DNA of 64,000 nt from NCBI GenBank assembly GCA_044870745.1, contig JBIOZE010000131.1, forward strand, positions 430 through 64,429, in the 5' to 3' direction. This document shows positions 1 through 9,013 of this stretch, piece by piece. How positions within the stretch are numbered: position 1 is the stretch's first letter; the number at the start of each line of letters is the position of its first letter. A program made the position numbers and the translations under genes. Below the pieces are notes generated by a model. It ran no database searches. It was not told where the DNA came from and saw only the letters and a program-made list of their open reading frames with translations. This DNA comes from Nitrososphaeraceae archaeon (GTDB lineage Archaea > Thermoproteota > Nitrososphaeria > Nitrososphaerales > Nitrososphaeraceae).

Positions 1-270
1 GGATTCAGTTAACAATGGAGAAGAAACCAAAGGCCCTACGGTTGAATGCCATTTAGTTACTCTTCCATATATATCGAAGCAATAGACCTGTCCATTTAAA
101 GTTGAAATGTACAAATTCCCTTTATCAAAAACTGGTGATGAAACGACTGGTCCTACTTCAGTTACCCATTGAAGTGATGGTCTAGAGATCGGCTTGGAAT
201 TAGATAAACCTGTTCTTCTCGCATTCCCCTTGAACATCCTCCATGAATTAACAGAGTTGGAATATTTCAT
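1..270 (-). CDS. PQQ-binding-like beta-propeller repeat protein (N-terminal part, runs off window)
   Basis: Not in ORF track. Manual translation from ATG at 270: MKYSNSVNSWRMFKGNARRTGLS...SLQWVTEVGPVVSSPVFDKGNLYISTLNGQVYCFD...KWHSTVGPLVSSPLL. Shows the W-x-F-x-G-N-x-x-R-T-G start and repeated SSP/W blade motifs. Confidence 0.8.
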   Translation of the reverse strand, partial: MKYSNSVNSWRMFKGNARRTGLSNSKPISRPSLQWVTEVGPVVSSPVFDKGNLYISTLNGQVYCFDIYGRVTKWHSTVGPLVSSPLLTES

Positions 271-388
271 GACTTAAGATACTACCATAAAGATCTTCGT
301 AACATTTTAGTAAACTCAGTTCTTTGGAAAAGATAGTTCCCTTGATATGGTAATAAGTTGTAATCGAGTGTCCAATTAATTCCTAATG

Positions 389-871
389 CTATTTCCTGCA
401 GCAATTGCCTTTTGGAATGTCAAAACCGTGAGGACATTTAATGGGGTGCTTAAGCAATGTGCATAATGCATCAGTGAAGATCTCTTTCATATGATGCTCA
501 ATCCCACATACCATCTCTTCATCTATTTCGATTTTCAATGACTCTTTCATCATTACTTCTAACAACCTCGTATTTCTTATCATTCGTTCTCCGATTTTTT
601 CTCCTTCTGGAGTCAATTCCATTATTAAACTACCAGTCTTATATTGAACTAGCTTTGAATCGTTCAATTTGTGAAGCATCTGAACTACTGAAGGTTGCCT
701 AACATTTAGGATTTTGGCTATGGAGCTCACTTTTACTTGCTGCTTCTTTTCACGTATATGCCAAATTGCCTTTAGATACATCTCGATATGCTCGGATTCT
801 GCAGTACCAATATAAAGCTCCTCATCTTGGCTCGGATTAACAGTCTGTGGCTGAAACTTCGTAAAAATCAT
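389..871 (-). CDS. DtxR/MntR-family metal-dependent transcriptional regulator
   Basis: EMYLKAIW, wHTH (SSIAKILNVRQPSVVQMLHKL), LTPEG, metal-site EH and C-terminal CPHGxxIP. Confidence 0.9.
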   Translation of the reverse strand: MIFTKFQPQTVNPSQDEELYIGTAESEHIEMYLKAIWHIREKKQQVKVSSIAKILNVRQPSVVQMLHKLNDSKLVQYKTGSLIMELTPEGEKIGERMIRNTRLLEVMMKESLKIEIDEEMVCGIEHHMKEIFTDALCTLLKHPIKCPHGFDIPKGNCCRK

Positions 872-1036
872 AAGTCCTATTGGAATTATTAACTTTGCGT
901 ATGTTGTTTCGCCCTAAATAATGAAGATTTGTTAAACTGTTCTATACATGATACGACAATTTACACTAAAAAGTGTGGATTCAGTTCTATATCTCGCAGC
1001 TCAAGTTACATTTCTACAAAAATATCGATTAGAAGC

Positions 1037-3412
1037 TCATGAACTCAACCTAAGTGTATTCACGATAAAGGATTTTAATTTATGAACGCCAGGAATTGAA
1101 AAGTGGCGGGCAACTATCACTGGACATTTGAATTGATAAAGTAGATTTACAAATTGTGTATCAGCGAGAAAGCTAAATTTTGATATTGTGGCACCCACAA
1201 TAAGAAGATCAGGTTGAGCACTGTTTAAAGCTGATTCAATGATATCAGAAGACTTTATAGTATCATTCAAAGTATCATCTGGGATTATAATCTCGTTAAA
1301 TTCAACACCTGATTGTTGGAGATATTCTTTCTGCTTAATAACATCCTGTAGAATTTCAGGCTTTTTATTTTCCTCTCCTTTAGTATTGACATACAGTACA
1401 TTTATTTTGAATAGACCAGAATGCTCTAACCAACTAGTGGTTTTCAGGACAATATCTGAATGATCCCCCCCATCATATAGTACGACTAAATTCTTTTTTG
1501 AAAGTTGATCTTGTTCGTTGACAGATCTTGACTCTGATTCGAATTCATTACTAGTAGTAGAGTTGAATAAGAAATCATCTCCACCACCGGCTAAAATCCC
1601 CAGTACATCACAAGTTAATATTGTCTGGAGCTTCTTGCTACTTCTGAATGCTTCGAAATCGGTGATCAACAAATCAATTTTCTGTTCTTCAACTGTTGCT
1701 AAAATTGCTTCGCTTGCATCATGTGAAATTCTGACTAAATAATGATTAAGAATGTTATCTCGTTCTAACAACCTTTCTAGGGGTTGGAATGACTTTTTTG
1801 CTGCCTCGGCATATGCTATTCCAGCTGATAATGGCGTTTGTTTAGGAACTGTAATTACTCTCAGAATATTAAGTTCTCCGTCATTTTCCTTCGCAATCCA
1901 TAATGCATATTTCAGAAGCCTATCGGGGTTCTCAGGAGTGTATGGAATTAGAATTCTGAAATCTCGTCTTGACAAGTCACCCATACTAGTGATGATGGGA
2001 GCGTAGTGATCTATTTCCTTTCTAAAAGTGTAAACTCGATAAATTATGAAACCTACTATTACCCATGCGATAGTTATCACCCAGCTTATGGGTTCAATAA
2101 TCAGCAAGTAAATTGCTAGTCCTAAGTTGAGAAAAATACCAATTATAGGTATAAAAGGAAAAAGGGGTGTTTTAAATCCGTAATGTAATTTATCACCGTA
2201 TATCCTTCTAATGGTAATAACCGCTATATTGACTTGTGTGAATAACAGCAGAAAGATTACACCAGCTGCAATTGCTATCTGAGCTAGCGGAAGAGCAAAG
2301 GCCATTACAGACATTATGATACCAGAAATTAGTATAGCTATATGAGGTGTCTTGTTCTTTTGATGTATTGTACTGAGCTGATAAGGTAGATTATAATTTC
2401 TTCCCATCGCGAATGCAACCCTAGCTGAAGAAAATGTGGTAGCATTTAGTGCTGCTAGAGTTGAAATCAATCCTCCCGCAAGAACTATGAATGCACCATA
2501 AGGAAGGAACAATTCTGCTGCTTTCATAATCCCAAGTTCTCCATTTTCACCAATGTACTTCCATGACGGGATTCCGTTAGGGTGAATGGATCCTATAGCA
2601 ACAAATGCAACTAAGCAGTATAAGACGACTACTGCTGTCAAGGAAATAAAGATAGCACGTGGGATATTTCTTCTTGGATTCTTGACTTCTTCGCCTGTTT
2701 GTACTATTACTTCATAACCTTCGAAGGCGATGAATGTGAGGCCCATGGCAGCCACAATCCCGCCAATACCCATAGGCATAAAATCAGAAAAATTCGTCTG
2801 CCAATTCGGAAAAGTGAATATCGCCCCTAAGCCTGCAATAATGAGAATGAGGATTAGACCAAGCTGAAATATGGTGACGATACTTCCCGCTTTGCCTGTC
2901 TCAGAGGTTCCTTTAATGTTGACATATATGACAATCCCGATTGAAATCACTGCTATTATTTTATCAAACGGCAGGAACCCAATGAGTGTATCATTCTGCA
3001 CAACATTGGTCATCTCCAGCAGCCCTGTTAGAAATGAAGCAAAGCTCACTGCATACAAGCTGCCTGCTATTATGTGCGCAAGCCAAGCCATCCATCCACT
3101 AATGAATGCATTCGGACGAGGAAGTCCTTCTCTTATCCAAAGATAACCCCCACCCGCTTCAGGAATTGCAGAGCCCAGTTCGGCATACGCCATAGCAGTA
3201 AAAAGTGTAATTATTGCGTTAAGAATGAATGCAATAATGACGGCGCTTCCAGCAAGGCCTATCGCTGGCCCAGTTAATACAAATATGGATCCTCCTATCA
3301 TTGCTGCGATACCGACCATTACGATATCCAGGAGACCAAGGGATCTGACTAATTGATTATGAGTGACATATCCAGACGGTTCTCGCGACTCCCCGTCTCC
3401 AGAGGCGGACAA
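1037..3412 (-). CDS. APC-family amino acid permease with C-terminal USP-like domains
   Basis: GAMIGGSIF-like TM1, ELGSAIPEAGGGY, FIAFEGYE, EEVKNPRRNIPRAI, about 12 TM helices. Soluble tail has ILIP...DLLI and PVIVAR USP-type motifs. TTG start. Confidence 0.9.
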   Translation of the reverse strand: MSASGDGESREPSGYVTHNQLVRSLGLLDIVMVGIAAMIGGSIFVLTGPAIGLAGSAVIIAFILNAIITLFTAMAYAELGSAIPEAGGGYLWIREGLPRPNAFISGWMAWLAHIIAGSLYAVSFASFLTGLLEMTNVVQNDTLIGFLPFDKIIAVISIGIVIYVNIKGTSETGKAGSIVTIFQLGLILILIIAGLGAIFTFPNWQTNFSDFMPMGIGGIVAAMGLTFIAFEGYEVIVQTGEEVKNPRRNIPRAIFISLTAVVVLYCLVAFVAIGSIHPNGIPSWKYIGENGELGIMKAAELFLPYGAFIVLAGGLISTLAALNATTFSSARVAFAMGRNYNLPYQLSTIHQKNKTPHIAILISGIIMSVMAFALPLAQIAIAAGVIFLLLFTQVNIAVITIRRIYGDKLHYGFKTPLFPFIPIIGIFLNLGLAIYLLIIEPISWVITIAWVIVGFIIYRVYTFRKEIDHYAPIITSMGDLSRRDFRILIPYTPENPDRLLKYALWIAKENDGELNILRVITVPKQTPLSAGIAYAEAAKKSFQPLERLLERDNILNHYLVRISHDASEAILATVEEQKIDLLITDFEAFRSSKKLQTILTCDVLGILAGGGDDFLFNSTTSNEFESESRSVNEQDQLSKKNLVVLYDGGDHSDIVLKTTSWLEHSGLFKINVLYVNTKGEENKKPEILQDVIKQKEYLQQSGVEFNEIIIPDDTLNDTIKSSDIIESALNSAQPDLLIVGATISKFSFLADTQFVNLLYQFKCPVIVARHFSIPGVHKLKSFIVNTLRLSS

Positions 3413-3641
3413 TTAATAATCGTGCTAATTCTGGTGACCAATTAAAAGCTTTACTGTCAAGATAAAATGGATGTTAACTTAGATACAAGCTATCTATTTC
3501 TAAAGAATCATTACGAACTGATTTGAATTGCACAGCAGTTTTAGTCGTGTTCGTGTTAGTACTAATGCCGCTTTGACCAACGCTTGTCATTTCATTTAGT
3601 GTTATTTAAGTAGTTCAGATTGCAAATATTCATAAAAGATT

Positions 3642-4484
3642 TTGCATGAAAAAGTAGCAGTAGTAACTGGAAGTTCAACTGGAATAGGTTATGAAACTTC
3701 ATTACTACTTGCTAGAAGTGGATTTCATGCTTGTGCGACTACTAGAAATCTAGAAAGAGCCCGATCCTTAATCAAAGTTAAGGAAAAAGAAGGACTTCCC
3801 ATTAGCATATTTCAGCTTGACGTAAATGATGATGAGTCCATACAAAATACTTTTTCAGAGATTGAAAGTAACATTGGGAAAATCGACATTTTGGTTAATA
3901 ATGCGGGGTATGGTCTCCTTGGTAGCCTTGAAGATCTTTCTTTTGTGGAGATCAAGAAACAATTTGAGGCCAATTTTTTTGGTGCAATAAAACTGATACA
4001 GAGAGTCGTCCCGATTATGCGTCTTCAAAAAGGCGGAATGATTGTGAATATAAGCTCTGGCGCAGGTATTGTAGGTTTTCCATGTATGTCAGCATACGCA
4101 TGTACTAAATTTGCACTAGAAGGTCTTAGTGAATCTATTGCGTACGAGCTACACCCATTCGGCATTAGAGTTATCATAGTCGAACCAGGGGTAATTAGAA
4201 CGGATTTCATAAAGCATTCTATTACTGCAGAAAGGGCTGCAAATAAAAATTCGCCTTATCATGATATTTTTCAAAAAATCAACAAGAATATTAATTTTAT
4301 GCAGCAGCATGCGACCCCCCCAGCCGATGTTGCCAGGGTGATACTTCATGCAATAATTGATACCAAACCTAATCTTCGATATTTAGTTGGTAACGATGTT
4401 GCTGTCGTAGCTGAAGCCAAGAAGAGCTTGTCTGAGGTCGATTTTCGTAGGATGATGATCCAACAAATTTTTCAGGAGTTATGA
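3642..4484 (+). CDS. Short-chain dehydrogenase/reductase (SDR)
   Basis: TGSSTGIG, NNAG, catalytic YACTK, VEPG. Confidence 0.95.
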   Translation: MHEKVAVVTGSSTGIGYETSLLLARSGFHACATTRNLERARSLIKVKEKEGLPISIFQLDVNDDESIQNTFSEIESNIGKIDILVNNAGYGLLGSLEDLSFVEIKKQFEANFFGAIKLIQRVVPIMRLQKGGMIVNISSGAGIVGFPCMSAYACTKFALEGLSESIAYELHPFGIRVIIVEPGVIRTDFIKHSITAERAANKNSPYHDIFQKINKNINFMQQHATPPADVARVILHAIIDTKPNLRYLVGNDVAVVAEAKKSLSEVDFRRMMIQQIFQEL

Positions 4485-4642
4485 CAGCATAATACGATCT
4501 TGAATTAATTTTGGTCAGTTAATACCATCCTGTGTACTCAAAGATTTAGATTGGGTGCTCTAGCTATCTGATATTATAGAATTGGCAATAAATATGGATC
4601 GAATTTGCTATTACAATAGTATAACTAATGTTAAAAACGTTC

Positions 4643-5593
4643 CTAATTGGTAGAATTCATCGCATTTATCCAACCTACGATTGAGTTTGTGATTGGTAAC
4701 CTATCAACTTCGGAATAACGGTTATCATCCTGGTTAAAGAAAATGGCATGGTTAAACCAATGATCGCAATCCAACAATTGGATAGTCTTTTTATCGCTTT
4801 TTAGCATTTTGTAAAAACTTTCAGATATTTGAGGATTTACATTGGTATCATTCTTTCCATGCAATATGAGAATTGGGGTTCTTAGTGAAGATAGTTTGCT
4901 TACTTTTGTGTTCCTAAATCCTATTACGTCTACAATATACCGGTATGAATAGCAATTTATAATATCCGGATCATTTATCATAATCTCAACCTCCTTGGTT
5001 TGCAGAATTGAATTGCTAACTACTTTCTTTGCTGAAACTAAGTTCGACGGAGTAAAGATCCGTCTTAACAATAAATTATAAAAAGTAGTTGAGGCAGGGA
5101 CTGCTTCTCCCTTATTTTTGATTTCTTTAATCCAAACATAAGGAGCCAGAAGTATTAGTCCAGAAATCTTTCTAGTGTATGCTGTTAAATACCACATTGC
5201 ATATGTACAGCCCAAACTATGGGCCAAAATATATACATTCGATTGCTTGCTTTGCCTCTTATCCACTCCATGCGGGCTTTCGGACAAAATTTGAGATAAG
5301 ACCTCATCAATAGCTCTTAGAGTATTTTTGAAATCAGGGTCTCCGCGCTTACCGTCCGATTTTCCATGACCTAATAAATCAATTGCATATGTTTCTATCC
5401 CAGATTTTGTCAACGCTCGACCGAGGTACTGGAATATTCTCGCATCGCAGCAAAATCCATGAAGACAGAGAACCTTGCATTCTATAGAGTTTTTATTATC
5501 AGCAGAAGGATAGAATGTTGCATTAATCTTACCCTGACTAGTAAGGAAAGAAATACTGCTATTTTCGTCTTGCACATTTTCAGTCTTTTCCAT
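4643..5593 (-). CDS. Alpha/beta hydrolase (lysophospholipase/monoacylglycerol lipase-like)
   Basis: LHGF oxyanion motif, DLLGHGKS, AHSLG nucleophile elbow, HGKND, C-terminal His. Confidence 0.85.
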   Translation of the reverse strand: MEKTENVQDENSSISFLTSQGKINATFYPSADNKNSIECKVLCLHGFCCDARIFQYLGRALTKSGIETYAIDLLGHGKSDGKRGDPDFKNTLRAIDEVLSQILSESPHGVDKRQSKQSNVYILAHSLGCTYAMWYLTAYTRKISGLILLAPYVWIKEIKNKGEAVPASTTFYNLLLRRIFTPSNLVSAKKVVSNSILQTKEVEIMINDPDIINCYSYRYIVDVIGFRNTKVSKLSSLRTPILILHGKNDTNVNPQISESFYKMLKSDKKTIQLLDCDHWFNHAIFFNQDDNRYSEVDRLPITNSIVGWINAMNSTN

Positions 5594-5783
5594 TGTCTGC
5601 GAATATTAGATTAGTTGCCAATCCTTAGATAAAAGCTTATTTTGAGTCAGCAGTGTGAGGACCTAATGGAGCACTGCCTTGATAATACTTCTCAAATAAT
5701 TCAATCATGACACGATAAAACACATCTAGGTTTTATAAGAAAATCCTTATTAGAACATTAAATAAAGATCATCCTGGTTCCAG

Positions 5784-6242
5784 ATGTCCGATACTAGTCA
5801 ACTTATTGTTCGACGAATTAAGAACGGGACAGTAATTGATCATATCGAAGCGGGAAAGGCTCTTTTTGTATTGCGAGTTTTGAACATAACTGGACAAGAA
5901 GGCGAGGTTATAACTGTCGCGCTCAACGTCCCCAGCAACAAACACACCAAAAAGGACATCATAAAGGTAGAGAACAAGTATTTGCGTGAAGAGGACACAA
6001 ATAAGCTTGCATTAGTCGCCCCTCGTGCTACAATCAATATTGTCAAAGAGTACAAGTTAGTAGAAAAAAGAAAGATTCAGTTGCCCAACGCCATTAAAGG
6101 CATTTTCAAATGTCCAAACTTGAGATGCGTTACAAATGGCGAGAATGTAAGGTCAGAAATAGAAGTATTGGACAGGGACACAATCCTTCTGTGTTGCAAA
6201 TACTGCTCCCAGACCTTGACTACCAATGACCTCATCTTTTGA
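5784..6242 (+). CDS. pyrI: Aspartate carbamoyltransferase regulatory subunit
   Basis: IKNGTVIDHI, KKDIIKVE, Zn ligands CPNLRC and CKYC. Confidence 0.97.
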   Translation: MSDTSQLIVRRIKNGTVIDHIEAGKALFVLRVLNITGQEGEVITVALNVPSNKHTKKDIIKVENKYLREEDTNKLALVAPRATINIVKEYKLVEKRKIQLPNAIKGIFKCPNLRCVTNGENVRSEIEVLDRDTILLCCKYCSQTLTTNDLIF

Positions 6243-6326
6243 GTGATCTGAAATTAGTGATTAGGTTTCTACAACTGCTGAGGAATAGCTTGAATGCTTT
6301 TTATATCAAAATCGTTTTCAATAAAT

Positions 6327-6557
6327 ATGGACGAAGAACGTAAATCTGGTGATGGGTCTAGACTCTCTATATCAAGAGTGTTCTTATCTGGAACATTACT
6401 TGCAGTAGTAATTGCTATCCCTGCTGTAGTTGTAACATTCATCACGCATTACGTACTCCACACCGAATTTCTGATTACTTTAGCGTCCGGTATTCTGACT
6501 CTTTTCGGAGCTATGGGATTTAGTTATAAGATTGCAAAGAAATTATCAATAAACTGA
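6327..6557 (+). CDS. Small two-TM membrane protein
   Basis: ATG 6327 is 22 nt after TATA-like TTTTATAT (6298-6305) and preferred to the track start 6294. Two hydrophobic helices. Confidence 0.7.
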   Translation: MDEERKSGDGSRLSISRVFLSGTLLAVVIAIPAVVVTFITHYVLHTEFLITLASGILTLFGAMGFSYKIAKKLSIN

Positions 6558-6660
6558 GTTTACTGATTCCTGAGGTCGCCCGGAACACCTTCAGAAATGC
6601 CCAATTAGTTCCAATTTATGCCAAACATGTTGCAAGCATTTCAATATGATGTAACATCTA

Positions 6661-7134
6661 TTAGCATTCTTGGCAATTCTTCCAGCCGATTTGTTCTTGA
6701 TAGTAATTCGCTAACTTCATGTGTCGTAATCGTTCGCCAACAGTCTTAGCCTTTTCCATTCGACGCAAATGTGATCGTAACTGACTTAAATCACACATGC
6801 AAACACCTGTGACCGGTTTGTATTTGGATATTGATATAACGTGTTTCCTGTGATCAACTAATAGCATTCCGACCTTGGTTATACCGGTTATAGCGAAAAT
6901 CGCACCTACGATCCAGATCAAGATCCCCTCTGACACCAAGACAGAAAAAACGTTGCCATGGGAGCTGTAGGAGATAATTGGAATAGGAATCAAAATTGAT
7001 AATATTACTCCTACCGGTGTAAGGAGAACCAAAATGGACAACAATCTATCGTACGGTTCAACTTCTTTTTCAAAACGATCAAGCAAGGTCTCCAATCGTG
7101 AATCGATTTTGTCCTGCGTTTGCATTGGGCTCAT
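6661..7134 (-). CDS. Hypothetical two-TM membrane protein with cytoplasmic CxC tail
   Basis: 157-aa ORF, two hydrophobic segments, GVCMCDL motif, no competing long ORF. Confidence 0.7.
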   Translation of the reverse strand: MSPMQTQDKIDSRLETLLDRFEKEVEPYDRLLSILVLLTPVGVILSILIPIPIISYSSHGNVFSVLVSEGILIWIVGAIFAITGITKVGMLLVDHRKHVISISKYKPVTGVCMCDLSQLRSHLRRMEKAKTVGERLRHMKLANYYQEQIGWKNCQEC

Positions 7135-7442
7135 CCTGATTGAGCTATATTAAGTCACAATTTATTAACATTGTCGAAATATTTGCACATATCTCTGAAA
7201 TTTATACTTCCAGGTAATTAATATGATTTGATGATTATCATAAACCCGAATAATCTTATCAACCGGTGTACTTTCTCATTAAAATATGATTAATGACTGG
7301 CTGTATAAGCCAAGATGGCAAACAATCTTCGTAACGACCTAAATAGCGATATATTTTTTATATCTTTTTGGTATAATTGCTATTATATTTGATACACTAA
7401 TGTATAAATTTCTCATCAATCGGCTATTGATATTGATAAGAT

Positions 7443-7691
7443 ATGATTGGTCGTCCGATTTTAAAAAGTCAAGCCTTTAATGTCACTTCTGATGTATTTG
7501 CAAAATCAATTTGGGTCAGCTCGTGTCTTGCAATAGTTTTTACCTTACCCCCTTTAGCACTGTTGATAGGAATATATTGGAATACTGGCAATTTGCTTGC
7601 CGGTGCAATTGTCGGTTTTGCAGTTCACTTTGCAATATTGGCTATTTCGCCAAAACTATCTGTTGGATTGTCGTCATTTATGGATCCCTAG
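7443..7691 (+). CDS. Small two-TM membrane protein
   Basis: Helical hairpin LAIVFTLPPLALLIGIY...GAIVGFAVHFAILAIS, resembling the 6327-6557 protein. Confidence 0.7.
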   Translation: MIGRPILKSQAFNVTSDVFAKSIWVSSCLAIVFTLPPLALLIGIYWNTGNLLAGAIVGFAVHFAILAISPKLSVGLSSFMDP

Positions 7692-7864
7692 TCATTGCAA
7701 GTTAAATACAATCCAGTATTGATCCTTGACATTCATTAAGTCTAACCTAATAATTAATAAGAACTCTTTCTAATGGGCTTTAGGCAGAACCAAATGATCT
7801 GGAATAATTGTAAAAATTAAAATTGATGCTGTTCTAATAACTTGCAATCTAGGATGTGTAAATT

Positions 7865-8920
7865 ATGAGCAAAACTAGTATGCCAAGTAAGATTTTCGGT
7901 ACTGTCTTGTCTCACGGCATACGAGGACGAATGCTTTCGAAGACAGAATTGCAGACGTTGGCAGAAGCTAGAGATATGGATGAACTAGTTACTAGGATAA
8001 AGAACACAGTATACCTTGATGCCCTAGCAAAGATTACAAAACCATACACAGCAGAAAAGATTGAAGGGGCTTTGAGAGAGTATTTGGTTAATATTCATGC
8101 AAAAATGGTGAGTGTGACTGGAGGATCCTCAATTCTCAGTGCCTATTTTTTGAAGTACATTATTTGGAACTTGAAAATCGTTTTGAAAGGCAAAGCGTTA
8201 GGCAAGTCATATGACGAACTTGCACCTAAGGTTAACCTAAGAGCTGAAGAGCTACTTGGCAGACGAGATATAATAGTCAAGGCGCTTGTGTCAAAAAATT
8301 TAGATGAAGCCATCAGTGCCCTAGCAGGCAGCGAAGTTGCAGAAGATGCTGCTAAGGCTGCCGCCGTCTACAAGGATAAAGGTGATCTTCGAGTATTTGA
8401 TACATATTTGGACAGGACCTTGTACGTTCATCTAGGAAGAGCAATGAATGCTGAATCTCAATCAATGGACGTCAAAAATATAGTCTCCACTGATATAGAC
8501 TCGTACAACGTCCTCGCTGTATTGCGTGGAAAATTTTGGAATTTGAGCCCTAGCGATATTAGCGATTTGATAGTTACGACGACATCAAAAGTTACAAAAG
8601 ATACTATTCAAAAAATGATAAACACAGAAAAAATATCAGAAGCTATCGGAGAACTTGCGACCACAGTTTACAAAGATATTATTCCCCAAAGTGCTACTAG
8701 TGATATTGATGCCATATTGCAACTTGAAAGTGGGTTTGAATCTATCGAATTAAAAAGGGTAATCAGCGCCTTTAGAACAATGTTCAGTGTTGGTATTATG
8801 GTTGCCGCACTAAAATTATTGATGATTGAAGTTAGGAACCTGTCAGCTATAGCTTCAGGAATCGAACAAAAAGTAGGTACAGAGGCAATTGTCTCTAGGC
8901 TCATTATACCTGTGCAATAA
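7865..8920 (+). CDS. atpC: A/V-type ATP synthase subunit C
   Basis: 351 aa, RGRMLS near N-terminus, DSYNVLAVLRGK, EVRNL near C-terminus, convergent with atpI. Confidence 0.9.
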   Translation: MSKTSMPSKIFGTVLSHGIRGRMLSKTELQTLAEARDMDELVTRIKNTVYLDALAKITKPYTAEKIEGALREYLVNIHAKMVSVTGGSSILSAYFLKYIIWNLKIVLKGKALGKSYDELAPKVNLRAEELLGRRDIIVKALVSKNLDEAISALAGSEVAEDAAKAAAVYKDKGDLRVFDTYLDRTLYVHLGRAMNAESQSMDVKNIVSTDIDSYNVLAVLRGKFWNLSPSDISDLIVTTTSKVTKDTIQKMINTEKISEAIGELATTVYKDIIPQSATSDIDAILQLESGFESIELKRVISAFRTMFSVGIMVAALKLLMIEVRNLSAIASGIEQKVGTEAIVSRLIIPVQ

Positions 8921-9013
8921 ATTGAAGTAATGCAAAATATGCTCCTTTTTAATTGATCTAGTTAACGCCAAGCACGTACAAGTGTCTCTATTTTCAAGCT
9001 ATATGAAATTTCA

